Positions 21,050 to 31,234 of a DNA stretch of 64,000 nucleotides are shown piece after piece. The translations under genes and the position numbers were made by a program. The notes beneath the pieces were generated by a model that saw only the letters and a program-made list of their open reading frames with translations, ran no database searches and had not been told where the DNA came from. Each line of letters starts with the position of its first letter. The first letter of the stretch is position 1. This stretch comes from an uncultured Hyphomicrobiales bacterium (GTDB lineage Bacteria; Pseudomonadota; Alphaproteobacteria; Rhizobiales; Beijerinckiaceae): positions 27,873-91,872 of the forward strand of contig CAISEY010000302.1 in NCBI GenBank assembly GCA_903884435.1, given 5' to 3'.

Positions 21050-22141
21050 ATGAAACTCCCCTATCCCGGCGCCATCGATTGCGATCTGCATCTGCCCTTG
21101 CCGACGACGCGCGCGCTGCTGCCCTATCTTGGCGAGTTCTGGCGCGAGCAGTTGACGACGCGCTACATCGACCGCACGAATTTCCAGATGATGAGCTATC
21201 CCGCGAAATCCCCCGTCGCCATGCGCGCGGACTGGAACGTCGCGAGGGAGGGAGAGACGCCGCTCGATGCGTTGCGCCGGCGGGCGCTCGATCCGTTCGG
21301 AACGCGGATCGCCGTCGCTTCGCTGCTGCACGGCGCCATCGCGCTGTTCAACGAGGACATGAGCGCGGCGATCGTCTCCGCCGTCAACGACCACGTGGCC
21401 AGGGAATGGCTCGATCCCGAGCCCCGCCTGCGCGGCTCCATTCTCGTCACCGGGCAAAACGCGGACCACGCCGTCGCCGAGATCGAACGCCTCGCCCCCG
21501 ACAAGCGCTTCGTGCAGGTGCTGCTGCCGGTCATGAGCGACTTCCTGCCCGGCAAGCGGCAGATGTGGCCAATCTACCGCGCGGCGGAAAGGCATGGCCT
21601 CGCCATCGGCCTGCACGCGGGCTCGACCTATCGATTCGCGCCAACCGGGTCCGGCTGGCCATCGTTCCAGGTCGAGGATTACGTCGCCCAGAGCGCGGCG
21701 TTCGAAAACGCCATCGTCAGCTTTCTCGCCGAAGGCGTGTTCAATGAATTTCCGCGGCTCAACCTCGTCTGTCTGGAGAGCGGTTTCACCTTCGTGCCGA
21801 CATTGCTGTGGCGGCTCAACAAGGAGTGGCGCGGCGTGCGCGCGGAAGTCCCCTGGCTCGACCGTCCGCCGGCGGAGGTGGTGCGCGAGCGCGTCCGCTT
21901 CACCCTGCACCCCGTCGACGCGCCGGACGACCCCGCCATTCTGCGCAAGGTGATCGCGCACATGGGGTGCGACGACTTCCTTCTGTTCTCGACGGATTAT
22001 CCGCACGCGCATTTCGAGGGGGAGAACGCGCTGCCGGACGGCTTGCCCGACGGCCTCATCCGCAAGATACTCATCGACAATCCGCTTTCGGCCTACCCGC
22101 GCCTCGCCGCGGAAACGGCCGCTCTGGAGAAGGCCACATGA
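21050..22141 (+). CDS. Amidohydrolase-fold subunit 1 of cassette B (AibH1-like)
   Basis: IDCDLH, GLHAG, LESG, FSTDYPHAH; paralogue of 14348-15484 (shared WREQ/WRQQ, EDYVAQ, WRGVRAE). Confidence 0.8.
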   Translation: MKLPYPGAIDCDLHLPLPTTRALLPYLGEFWREQLTTRYIDRTNFQMMSYPAKSPVAMRADWNVAREGETPLDALRRRALDPFGTRIAVASLLHGAIALFNEDMSAAIVSAVNDHVAREWLDPEPRLRGSILVTGQNADHAVAEIERLAPDKRFVQVLLPVMSDFLPGKRQMWPIYRAAERHGLAIGLHAGSTYRFAPTGSGWPSFQVEDYVAQSAAFENAIVSFLAEGVFNEFPRLNLVCLESGFTFVPTLLWRLNKEWRGVRAEVPWLDRPPAEVVRERVRFTLHPVDAPDDPAILRKVIAHMGCDDFLLFSTDYPHAHFEGENALPDGLPDGLIRKILIDNPLSAYPRLAAETAALEKAT

Positions 22142-23238
22142 ACGCGCCTCTGAAAGAGACAAAAGCCGCGCAACGGTTGATGATCGCCGACTGCGACATC
22201 CATCCCGTCCAGCGCGCGCCATCCGACCTCTATCCCTGGCTGTCGAAGCGCTGGATCGAGCATTACGAAACCTTCGGCCCGCACATTCGCTGCGGCCTCA
22301 CGGGCACGCAGGTCTATCCGCGGATGACCTGTGCCGGCCAGCGGGCCGACGCCTATCCCGCCAGCGGCGGACCGCCCGGTTGCGATCTCGATCTGATGCG
22401 GCGCCAGCATCTCGATCCCGTCGGCGTCGAATGGGGCATGCTCGTCGCGCTCAGCAAGGGCGGCATGGAGGAGCGCAACCAGGATTTCGCCGCGGCTCTC
22501 TCGCACGCGGTCAACCATTGGCAGATCGAGGAATGGGTCCGCAAGGAACCGCGCCTCCTCGCCGGCATTGTCGTGCCGCAGGAGGATCCCGACTACGCGG
22601 CGCGCGAGATCGAGGAGCGCGCGTCGGAGAAGGCGTTTCGCCAGATTATCATTTCGCCGCGCTCGGCGGAGCCGCTCGGTCGGCGACGCTACTGGCCCCT
22701 CTACGCGAAGGCGCAGGAAGTGGGTCTTCCCATCGGCCTGCATCCCGCGGCCTTCAGCGGCGGCTATCCCTCGACCGGCGGCGGCTGGCCGACCTATTAC
22801 ATGCAGGAGCACTACGGTTTCGCGACGGGGGTCGCCGGAAACATCGCGAGCCTCGTCTTCGAGGGCGTGTTCGAACGGTTTCCGAAGCTGCGGATCGCGT
22901 TGATCGAATCCGGCTTCACCTGGATTCCCGCGATGTGCTGGCGCATGGACAAGCAGTGGGAGCGCATGCGCGCGGAAGTGCCGCACGTCCGGCGCCCGCC
23001 GTCCGAATATATTCGCGAACATTTCTGGTTCGCGACGCAGCCCATGGAAGAGCCCGACAATCCCGCCCATCTCGTCGACGTGATCGACTGGATCGGCTGG
23101 GACCGCATGCTGTTCTCGACGGACTATCCGCACTGGGATTACGACGATCCCCGCTATTGCATCCGCTTTTCCATGACCGACAAACAGCGCGACATGCTGT
23201 TTCGCGACAACGCCAGGAAACTCTACGGGCTGACATGA
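22138..23238 (+). CDS. Amidohydrolase-fold subunit 2 of cassette B (AibH2-like dinuclear oxygenase candidate)
   Basis: ATG 22138 overlapping the upstream stop; ADCDIH, GLHP, IESG, FATQP, FSTDYPHWD; paralogue of 15481-16602. Confidence 0.8.
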   Translation: MNAPLKETKAAQRLMIADCDIHPVQRAPSDLYPWLSKRWIEHYETFGPHIRCGLTGTQVYPRMTCAGQRADAYPASGGPPGCDLDLMRRQHLDPVGVEWGMLVALSKGGMEERNQDFAAALSHAVNHWQIEEWVRKEPRLLAGIVVPQEDPDYAAREIEERASEKAFRQIIISPRSAEPLGRRRYWPLYAKAQEVGLPIGLHPAAFSGGYPSTGGGWPTYYMQEHYGFATGVAGNIASLVFEGVFERFPKLRIALIESGFTWIPAMCWRMDKQWERMRAEVPHVRRPPSEYIREHFWFATQPMEEPDNPAHLVDVIDWIGWDRMLFSTDYPHWDYDDPRYCIRFSMTDKQRDMLFRDNARKLYGLT

Positions 23239-23648
23239 CAAAACACGTTGTTGGAACCATCGACGAAGTCGCGCCGGGCAAGAGCAAGCTCGTCGAGGTC
23301 AGGGGCCGCGAAATCGGCGTGTTCAACGTCAATGGCAATTTCTACGCCCTCGCCAATCGTTGCCCCCATGGCGGCGGCTCGCTCTGCAAGGGCGTCGTCA
23401 CCGGCCTCGCGCTTTCCGACAGGCCGGGCGAATACAAGCTCGTGCGCAAGGGCGAATTCCTGCGTTGCCCGTGGCACGGCTGGGAGTTCGAAATCAAAAC
23501 GGGGCAGTCCTATTGCGATCCGAAATCGACGCGCGTCCGCCAGTTCAACGTCTCCGTCGAGGCCGGCGAGGATCTCGTGAAGGGGCCCTATGTCGCCGAG
23601 AGCTTTCAGGTCTCGGTCGAGCAGAACTACATCGTCGTGGATCTGTGA
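23235..23648 (+). CDS. Rieske [2Fe-2S] ferredoxin (cassette B)
   Basis: ATGA overlap; CPH-x32-CPWHGWEFE; shares the tail KGPYVAE.F.V..EQNY with the cassette A Rieske. Confidence 0.9.
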   Translation: MTKHVVGTIDEVAPGKSKLVEVRGREIGVFNVNGNFYALANRCPHGGGSLCKGVVTGLALSDRPGEYKLVRKGEFLRCPWHGWEFEIKTGQSYCDPKSTRVRQFNVSVEAGEDLVKGPYVAESFQVSVEQNYIVVDL

Positions 23649-23655
23649 CCGCCGC

Positions 23656-24699
23656 CTATTTGTAGATTTCCCTGGCCAGCGCCAGATATGGCTCGATGCG
23701 CGTGAAGTCCTCGTCGACCAGTGGCTTCACGCCCGCGAGCGGTCGCATGTCGGGCGCGACCGGCGTCTTGAGGTCGCCGATCACGACGCCGTGGCCGGTG
23801 TTGGCGTAAACGCCCTGCGCCTCGTCCGACAGGTAGAAATCCGCCAGCAGCCGCGCGGCGGCCGGATGCGGCGGATTGCGCAGGATCGAAACGCAATACG
23901 AGCCGTAGGTCACGCCTTCCCGCGGCACGACGTATTTCACCGGAAGGCCCTTGAGCGGCGCCGCCTGTGAAAAAATCAGCGGCGCGTAAATCGCGAATTC
24001 ACCGCGCGTGACGCGCCGCACGGCCTCCCCGTAATCGCGCGAGAAACCGGGCTCCTGACGCGCCATTTTTTCATGGAACTCGCGGCCGAACCTGTCGGTC
24101 GTCATGTGGAACATCACGCGCCCGCCGCCGGTCGCGCGCGGATCGTCGAAGAGCACTTTGCCCTTCCATTTGGGATCGAGCAGATCGAGCCAGCCGCCCG
24201 GTTCGTCGCCATCCCTGACCATCGCCGTGTTGACGAGCAATCCGTAGTTGATGGTGAAGATGGGAACCTGACGCGCGTCGGCCCGCGCCGCGTATTCCGG
24301 CTTCAGCCGCGCCGCGCCAGGCAGGCCGCCATGCGGCTCGACGATCTTGTCGGCTTCCGACATGGTCATGGTCGTCGACGAGGCGTTGTGCTGCACGTCG
24401 CCCAGAAAGCGCCCGGTCAGGGCCTCGACGCGCATCCGTTCGCGCAATTCCGGGCCGCGCGCCATGAAGGTCTCGACCCTGATCCCGTATTTTTGCTCGA
24501 AAGCCTTGTTGATGGGCTCGTGCGTCAGTGGCGACACATAGGCGGAATAGACGATGACGCGCCCCTCGCGCTTCGCGGCGGCGACCAGCGCCTCCCGATC
24601 CCCGGTTTGCGCGTTGGAAGGACGGGCAGTGATCAGCGCGGGCGCGGTCAGGACGAAGCCGCGCGAGAACGCGCGGCGCGTGAACACGTGTTGCTTCAT
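23656..24699 (-). CDS. ABC substrate-binding protein (AfuA-like), Tat signal
   Basis: TRRAF twin-arginine motif; AAKREGRV, DLLDPKWKGK, PPHPAAARL. Confidence 0.85.
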   Translation of the reverse strand: MKQHVFTRRAFSRGFVLTAPALITARPSNAQTGDREALVAAAKREGRVIVYSAYVSPLTHEPINKAFEQKYGIRVETFMARGPELRERMRVEALTGRFLGDVQHNASSTTMTMSEADKIVEPHGGLPGAARLKPEYAARADARQVPIFTINYGLLVNTAMVRDGDEPGGWLDLLDPKWKGKVLFDDPRATGGGRVMFHMTTDRFGREFHEKMARQEPGFSRDYGEAVRRVTRGEFAIYAPLIFSQAAPLKGLPVKYVVPREGVTYGSYCVSILRNPPHPAAARLLADFYLSDEAQGVYANTGHGVVIGDLKTPVAPDMRPLAGVKPLVDEDFTRIEPYLALAREIYK

Positions 24700-24727
24700 C
24701 GCCGGTTCTCCCTCCGCCTTCGCTCGC

Positions 24728-25759
24728 CTATTTGTAGATTTCCTTCGCCAGCGCGAGAAACGCGTCGTAGCGAGAGCCGTCTTCCTCGACGAGAGGCTTC
24801 ACCGCGGCGAATGGCGCCATCTCCGGCGAAATATTCGCCTTCAAATTCGCGACGACGACGCCGTGTCCGGTCTCCGCGTAGATCGCCTGAACCTCGTCGG
24901 ACAGGTAGAAATCGGAGAGCAGCCGCGCGGCGTTGGGATGCGGCGCGTTCTTCAACAGGGACGTGGAATAGGAGCCGTAGGTCACGCCATCCTCGGGAAT
25001 GACCGCGCGCACGGGCAGGCCCTTCAGCGGCCCCGCCTGCGAGAAGATCAGCGGAATGTAGATCGTGTATTCGCCGCGCGCGACGCGCCGCACCGCCTCG
25101 CCGTAGTCGCGCGAAAACGTCGGATTTTGCCTGGCCAGGTCCTCGTGAAAGCCGCGACCGTATTTATCCGTGGTCATGTGGAACATGACGCGCCCGCCGC
25201 CGGGCGTGCGCGGATCGTCGAACAGAATCCTGCCCTTCCATTTCGGATCGAGCAAATCGCGCCAGCGTTTCGGCTCCTCGCCCGCCCCGACGATGTTCGT
25301 GTTGACGAGGAAGCCGTAATTGATCGTGAAAACGGGAACCTGAACGTCGGTCACGCGCGACGCGAATTCCGGCTTCAACCGCGCGGCGCCCGGCAACGCG
25401 CCAAGCGACGCGACGGGATTTTCCGCCGCGACCTGCTGCAACGTCAGCAGGGTGGCGTTGTGGAGAACGTCGCCGAGGAATCGATTGCTGCTCTGCTCCA
25501 CGCGGATCCGTTCGCGCAACTCGTTGCCGCGCGCCGTGAAAACCTCGACCTTGATTCCATGTTTTTTCTCGAAGGCCTTGCCAATGGGATCGTGGGTCTG
25601 CGGCGAGAGATAGCCGGAATAGACCACGACCTTGCCCTCGCGTCTGGCCGCGGCGATCAATTCCTCCTGGCCTTGCCCGGATTGCGCGCGCGCGTCCACG
25701 CCCGGTGAAAGCATGGCCCCGCTCGCGAGCGCCCCGACGCCAAATTCCCGCCTGTTCAT
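24728..25759 (-). CDS. ABC substrate-binding protein (AfuA-like), Tat signal; tandem paralogue of 23656-24699
   Basis: Start MNRREFG; shares GGGRVMFHMTTD, FSRDYGEAVRRV, GVTYGSY and DFYLSDE with its neighbour. Confidence 0.85.
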   Translation of the reverse strand: MNRREFGVGALASGAMLSPGVDARAQSGQGQEELIAAARREGKVVVYSGYLSPQTHDPIGKAFEKKHGIKVEVFTARGNELRERIRVEQSSNRFLGDVLHNATLLTLQQVAAENPVASLGALPGAARLKPEFASRVTDVQVPVFTINYGFLVNTNIVGAGEEPKRWRDLLDPKWKGRILFDDPRTPGGGRVMFHMTTDKYGRGFHEDLARQNPTFSRDYGEAVRRVARGEYTIYIPLIFSQAGPLKGLPVRAVIPEDGVTYGSYSTSLLKNAPHPNAARLLSDFYLSDEVQAIYAETGHGVVVANLKANISPEMAPFAAVKPLVEEDGSRYDAFLALAKEIYK

Positions 25760-25769
25760 CGCCGGTCCC

Positions 25770-28151
25770 TCATGCAATTCTCGCCCGCGCCTCGCGAATG
25801 GCGCGCCAGACGCGCATGGGCGTGGCGGGCATTTCAACGTGCGTGACGCCGTCTTCGCGCAAGGCGTCGCAAATAGCGCCGATGACGACGGCGAGCGCCG
25901 GCGTCGTGCCGCCTTCGCCGCCGGCGCGCACGCCAAGCGGATTGTTGGGCGAGGCGATTTCGCTGATGTCGGTCTTGAAAAACGGCAGCATGGCCGCGCG
26001 CGGCATGGCGTAATCCATGAACGAGCCGGTCAGAACCTGCCCGGTCGCCGGATCGCACACGCATTGCTCGCATAACGCCTGACCGATTCCCTGCGTCGCG
26101 CCGCCGTGCGTCTGACCGTGCAGGATCATCGGATTGACCGCGCGGCCCACGTCGTCGACCGCGGCGTAATGCGTCAATTGAACTTCGCCGGTTTGCGGAT
26201 CGACCTCGACCTCGCAAGCCGCCGCGCCATAGGGAAAGCCCGCGTGTTCGACGGTCACGTCGCCCGCCGCCGCGAGAGGGCCGCGCGAGCCGGCGGGCAG
26301 GCGCGCGTCCTCTTTCATCGCGCGCGCGATGTCGAAGAGATGCAGGCTCCTGTCGGTGCCAGCCACCCCGAAGCGGCCATCGGCGAAGACGAGATCGTCG
26401 GAGCGCGCTTCCAGCAATTCGCTCGCGACGCGCCGCGCCTTGTCGATCAGCTGCGTCGAGGCCTCGCCGATCACGATCCCCGCGAGTCGCATCGAGCGCC
26501 CCGATTGCGTCCCGCCGCCGACAGCGACCAGATCCGTGTCTCCCTGCACGAGGCGCACGCATTCCATCGGCAGGCCAAGCCATTCGCAAATGAGTTGCGC
26601 GAAGGAGGTCTCGTGTCCCTGGCCGCTCGACAAAGTTCCAATCACGACGTCGATCTTGCCCTCCGGATGCACCGTCAGTTCCGTCCTCTCGCGCGGCGAG
26701 CCGGTCGTCACCTCGATATAGGCGCCCGCCGCGTGGCCGCGGCGCAGGCCGCGCGAAGCCGAATCCACGCGACGCCCCTCGAAGCCGCGCCAGTCCGAAA
26801 GGTCGAGAACGCGCTCCAGCGCCGCGCCATAATCGCCGTTGTCGAATGTGATACCGAAGGGATTTCGATAGGGCATTTCGTCCGGCTTCGGCAGGTTCTT
26901 CCGCCGCAACGAGAGCGGATCGACGCCAAGCTTCGCCGCCGCGAGTTCAATCAGACGCTCGATGACGAACATGGCCTCGGGACGCCCGGCGCTGCGGTAG
27001 GACGTCGTCGGCGCGGTGTTGGTCGCGACGGCGCGGGCGCGAACGCGCGCGGCGGGAATGCGATAATTGCCGGTCAGCAAGGCCGCGGTCTTGCGCACGG
27101 AGACGAGCGAAACCGCGAAGGCGCCGACATCGCCGACGATGGAGGCGCGAAAGCCGAGAAAGCGGCCGTCGGCGTCCAGCGCGAGTTCGGCTCGCGCCGT
27201 GAGATCGCGGCCCTGATAGTCGCTGGCGAAACATTCGCCGCGATCCGAAGTCCATTTGACCGGGCGTCCGACGCGGCGCGAGGCCCAGCACACGAGGCCG
27301 GATTCCGGCGTGAAGTTGTTGCGCGTGCCGAAACTGCCGCCAACCTCGCGATTGACGACGCGCACCCTGTCGGGCGCGACGCCAAGAACGCCGGCGAGCG
27401 AATCTTTTTGCCGGTGCACGCCGCCGCTGCCGGAATAAAGCGTGTATCGATCCGCGCCCGCGTCGTAATGGCCGAGCGCGGCGCGCGGCTCCATGGGAAC
27501 GCCGGTGACGCGCTGGCACAGGGTCTCGAACTTCACCACGTGCGTCGCGCGCGCGAAGGCGGCGGCGGTCGAAGCTTCGTCGCCGAGCGTGGCGTCGATC
27601 AGAACATTGGACGCGCGGTCTTCCCACAGGAGCGCCGCGCCGGACTCGAGGGCCGCCGCGACGCCGACGATGGCTGGCAGCGGTTCGTAGTCGATTTCGA
27701 CAAGCTCGGCGGCGTCCTTCGCCTGATCGACGGTCTCCGCGACGACGATGGCGATCGCCTCGCCGACGAAGCGGGCCTTGTCCATGGGGAGCAAGGGTTG
27801 CGGCGTGATTTTGAAGGGGGCGCCGTCGCTGTTGGCGAACCGCGGCTCGCGCGGATCGTCGGACATGGGTCGCGCGGGGATCGGCCCGAGCCCGTCCGAC
27901 AGGGCGTCCGCGCCTGTCAGCACGGCGAGGACGCCAGGCGCGGCGCGCGCCTTCGACGCGTCGATTCGCGCGAGGCGCGCGTGGGCGTGCGGCGAACGCA
28001 CGACGCAGGCCTGAACCTGTCCCTCCATCCTCCAGTCGTCGCTGTAACAGCCTCCGCCCGTCAGCAACCGGAAATCCTCGACGCGCCGGACGGGCTGTCC
28101 GATGCCGCTTGTGTCGCGCGCGGCGCTCGCGTGAGAGTTTGTTTCGTTCAT
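25770..28151 (-). CDS. Xanthine-dehydrogenase-family molybdopterin large subunit (CoxL-like #1)
   Basis: IGQPVRRVED, VRSPHAHA, VGGSFG, active-site loop SYRSAGRPE, GQGHET, GQTHGG, AGGEGG. Confidence 0.9.
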   Translation of the reverse strand: MNETNSHASAARDTSGIGQPVRRVEDFRLLTGGGCYSDDWRMEGQVQACVVRSPHAHARLARIDASKARAAPGVLAVLTGADALSDGLGPIPARPMSDDPREPRFANSDGAPFKITPQPLLPMDKARFVGEAIAIVVAETVDQAKDAAELVEIDYEPLPAIVGVAAALESGAALLWEDRASNVLIDATLGDEASTAAAFARATHVVKFETLCQRVTGVPMEPRAALGHYDAGADRYTLYSGSGGVHRQKDSLAGVLGVAPDRVRVVNREVGGSFGTRNNFTPESGLVCWASRRVGRPVKWTSDRGECFASDYQGRDLTARAELALDADGRFLGFRASIVGDVGAFAVSLVSVRKTAALLTGNYRIPAARVRARAVATNTAPTTSYRSAGRPEAMFVIERLIELAAAKLGVDPLSLRRKNLPKPDEMPYRNPFGITFDNGDYGAALERVLDLSDWRGFEGRRVDSASRGLRRGHAAGAYIEVTTGSPRERTELTVHPEGKIDVVIGTLSSGQGHETSFAQLICEWLGLPMECVRLVQGDTDLVAVGGGTQSGRSMRLAGIVIGEASTQLIDKARRVASELLEARSDDLVFADGRFGVAGTDRSLHLFDIARAMKEDARLPAGSRGPLAAAGDVTVEHAGFPYGAAACEVEVDPQTGEVQLTHYAAVDDVGRAVNPMILHGQTHGGATQGIGQALCEQCVCDPATGQVLTGSFMDYAMPRAAMLPFFKTDISEIASPNNPLGVRAGGEGGTTPALAVVIGAICDALREDGVTHVEMPATPMRVWRAIREARARIA

Positions 28152-28251
28152 GCCGGGAAGCTATCAGGTTTGCGCGGCGAGGCAATCGATCGCGCCTGGC
28201 GAAAGGCGCGGGAACCATGCTATTCCTCGACCAAGCCGCGAGGAAATCCAC

Positions 28252-29028
28252 GTGACCGTCAAACTTGAAGCGCGCAAGATCAGACTTGAATTTCATCAAC
28301 CGCGCTCGGGCGCGCGCCTGCTCGCGCTCGACGATATTTCGCTGACGATCTCCGATGGCGAGTTCGTGTCCATCGTCGGGCCTTCCGGCTGCGGCAAGAC
28401 AACGTTTCTCAACATCGTCGATGGACTGCTGGCGCCCGCCAGCGGCGAAATCCTGGTCGATGGCGTGCTCGTGACGAAACCGGGACCGGACCGCGCCGTC
28501 GTGTTCCAGGACGCCTCGCTGTTGCCGTGGCGCACGGTGCTGGGCAACGTGACCTACGGACTCGAATGCCAGCGCCGTCCTCTCCGCGAGGCGCGCGAAC
28601 GGGCGCTGTATTTCATCGCCATGGTTGGCCTGACCGGCTTCGAGCAGAGTTATCCGCACGAACTCTCGGGCGGAATGCAACAGCGGGTCAATCTCGCGCG
28701 CGCGCTGGTGATGGACCCGCAAATCCTCCTGATGGACGAGCCCTTCGCGGCGCTCGACGCGCAAACCCGCGAGGCGATGCAGGAAGAACTCGTCGAGATT
28801 TCACTGAAGGCCGGCAAGACCGTGCTCTTCATCACCCACCAGATCGACGAGGCGATCTATCTGTCGGATCGCGTCATCGTTTTTTCCGCGCGGCCCGGGC
28901 GGGTGCGCGAGGAGGTGAAAGTCGACATCGACCGCCCGCGCAAGCTCCGCCTCAAGCGCGATCCGAAATTTCACGCGCTCGAGGACATCGTCTGGGAACT
29001 CGTTCACGACAAGGCCGGCGCGGCCTGA
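28252..29028 (+). CDS. Stand-alone ABC ATP-binding protein (nitrate/sulfonate type)
   Basis: GTG start after GAGGA; [32 protein letters not shown]. Confidence 0.88.
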   Translation: MTVKLEARKIRLEFHQPRSGARLLALDDISLTISDGEFVSIVGPSGCGKTTFLNIVDGLLAPASGEILVDGVLVTKPGPDRAVVFQDASLLPWRTVLGNVTYGLECQRRPLREARERALYFIAMVGLTGFEQSYPHELSGGMQQRVNLARALVMDPQILLMDEPFAALDAQTREAMQEELVEISLKAGKTVLFITHQIDEAIYLSDRVIVFSARPGRVREEVKVDIDRPRKLRLKRDPKFHALEDIVWELVHDKAGAA

Positions 29029-31203
29029 TCAACTGGCCGCGCGCAACACCACGAGCCCGTCGAGAGCCGCGGCGCCGCGTCCAGCGGGCAGGGCAACGAA
29101 GGGATTGACGTCGATGCTCTCGAGCCGGTCGCCCAGCCGCGCGGCGAGTTGCGACAACGCAACCAGCGCGGCGATGACGGCCTCCCGGTCGAGCGGCGCG
29201 CCGCCGCGATAGCCCGCGAGCAGCTTGCCAGCCATCGTGGCGTCGATCATGGCGCGCGCCTGGTCCGGGCTCAGCGGCGCCGGGCCGAACTGCACGTCCT
29301 TCACGAGTTCCAGCAAGACGCCGCCCGTGCCGAACATGGTGACGAGTCCCACCTCGGGGTCGCGATGCACGCCAAGCACCAGTTCCTGGCCGCCCTTGAT
29401 TTCCCGGGCGACAATCACTCCGCCAAAACGGGCGGCGGGCTTCGCCCTGGCGAGATTGTCGCGGATGGCGTCGAAGGCGGCGCGCACGGCTTCGTCGCCC
29501 GTTATGCCGAGCATCACGCCGCCGACATCGGACTTGTGCTGAACATCGTCGGAGAAGAGTTTCAGCACCACGGGATAGCCAATGGCGCGCGCGGCATTCA
29601 CGGCGGCTTCAACATCGGCGGCGACTTCCTCCTTCGGCGAGGCGACGCCGTTGAGCGCCAGCAATGTCTTCGATTGCGCCTCGTTCAGAACCGCGCGCCC
29701 GCCCGACGCAGCGGCGGCGGAGTCGAGGCATTGCAATTCGGCTGCGGACAATGGCTTCAGGTCCGGGACCGCCGCCGCCGGCCGGCCGATTTGCGCGCCG
29801 TAACGGCCAACGTGCGCGAGACAGTTCAGCGCCCGGTCCACCTCGTGCTGCACGGCGAGGTGCGGAAATCCCTCCCGGAATTCACGCGTGAAATCGGTGT
29901 ACATGTAGGACGCCATGGAAACCACGGCGACGGGCTTGCGGTTGCCCTCGTGGACCATCTTGTCGACGGTGCGCAGATTCGCAGCCTTGGCGTTCTGCCC
30001 TTCCTTGAGCGGCAGTTCCTCCTGCACGCAGAGAACGTCGATGTTGGGATCGTCGAGAACGATGTCGATGCATTTGAAATAGGCCTCCGCGCTGGACAGC
30101 GCGGCGAAGCCCGCGTCGAGCGGATTGCCGAGCGACGTGCCGACGCCGAGCAGGTCGTTGAGTTTCGAGATGGTCGCGGGCTCGAGCTTCGGAAAGCTCA
30201 CGTCGTGCCGCTCGGCGGCCTCGAGGAACAGCCCCTTGAGCCCGCCGGAAAAGGTGATCGCGCCGACGCGCGAACCCGCCGGAACCCTGGCGTGCGTGAG
30301 ATATTCCGCGACCTCGACCATTTCGTCGATCGTGTCGACGCGAACGAGGCCCAGCGGACGCGTCACCGCGTCGAAGGAGGAGAGCGAACCCGCGAGCGAA
30401 CCCGTGTGCGCCAGCGCCGCGGCGCGGCTGGCTTCCGAGCCGCCGATTTTCATGGCGACGACGGGCTTTTTCGCGCGCCGCGCCACGTCGAGGGCGGCGA
30501 GGAAATCGCCAGGATCCTTGATGGCCTCGATGAAACAGCAGATCACCTTCACAGAGTCGTCGGTCACCATGTAGCGAATGTAATCGGCGGTCGTGAGGCC
30601 GACTTCGTTGCCGGTGGAGAGCGCGTAGGAGGGAATGATTCCGCGGCTGCGCAACGCGCGGAAGATCGCCATGACGATGCCGCCGCTCTGGCCGAACAGG
30701 CCGACGCTGCCGGTCGGAAGATCGACGATGCGGTCGTCGGGGATCGTCGAGAAACCGAAGGGGGCCGCGAGATTGCCCATGCAATTGGGGCCGGAAACGG
30801 CAAGGCCGCTCTCGCGCACGGCGGCGGCGAGGGCCGCGCCCAGTTCGCGTCCGGCGGCGTCGCCGCCTTCGCCAAAGCCGCTCGAAAAAACCGTGGCGCT
30901 GCGCGCGCCGGCGCGGCCCGCCTCGCGGATCGCCTCGATCGCCGCCGCGCCCGGCACGAGCACGGCGACGTGATCCGGCTTTCGCGGCAAGTCCGCGAGC
31001 GAGGGATAACATTTTCTGTCCCACACCGTTTCGCTGCGTGGATTCACCGGCAGGATCTCTCCTGGATAATTGTACCGGCTCAGGGCGCGAAACACGTTGC
31101 GCGCCCAGCTTCCAGGCCGGTCGCTGGCGCCGACGATGGCGACGTTTCTCGGCGACAGCAGCGCGCGCACCTTCTCGACGTTCTTGAGATCTGCCTGTGA
31201 CAT
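29029..31203 (-). CDS. ADP-forming acyl-CoA synthetase (alpha-beta fusion, acetate--CoA ligase family)
   Basis: VAIVGAS, GPNCMG, QSGG, catalytic AHTGSLAG, NPLD, C-terminal ATP-grasp YPVVLK..HKSDVGGV, DVNP. Confidence 0.9.
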   Translation of the reverse strand: MSQADLKNVEKVRALLSPRNVAIVGASDRPGSWARNVFRALSRYNYPGEILPVNPRSETVWDRKCYPSLADLPRKPDHVAVLVPGAAAIEAIREAGRAGARSATVFSSGFGEGGDAAGRELGAALAAAVRESGLAVSGPNCMGNLAAPFGFSTIPDDRIVDLPTGSVGLFGQSGGIVMAIFRALRSRGIIPSYALSTGNEVGLTTADYIRYMVTDDSVKVICCFIEAIKDPGDFLAALDVARRAKKPVVAMKIGGSEASRAAALAHTGSLAGSLSSFDAVTRPLGLVRVDTIDEMVEVAEYLTHARVPAGSRVGAITFSGGLKGLFLEAAERHDVSFPKLEPATISKLNDLLGVGTSLGNPLDAGFAALSSAEAYFKCIDIVLDDPNIDVLCVQEELPLKEGQNAKAANLRTVDKMVHEGNRKPVAVVSMASYMYTDFTREFREGFPHLAVQHEVDRALNCLAHVGRYGAQIGRPAAAVPDLKPLSAAELQCLDSAAAASGGRAVLNEAQSKTLLALNGVASPKEEVAADVEAAVNAARAIGYPVVLKLFSDDVQHKSDVGGVMLGITGDEAVRAAFDAIRDNLARAKPAARFGGVIVAREIKGGQELVLGVHRDPEVGLVTMFGTGGVLLELVKDVQFGPAPLSPDQARAMIDATMAGKLLAGYRGGAPLDREAVIAALVALSQLAARLGDRLESIDVNPFVALPAGRGAAALDGLVVLRAAS

Positions 31204-31234
31204 ATGTCTGTCGTTCCTGGTTCGGGGTTCCGCC

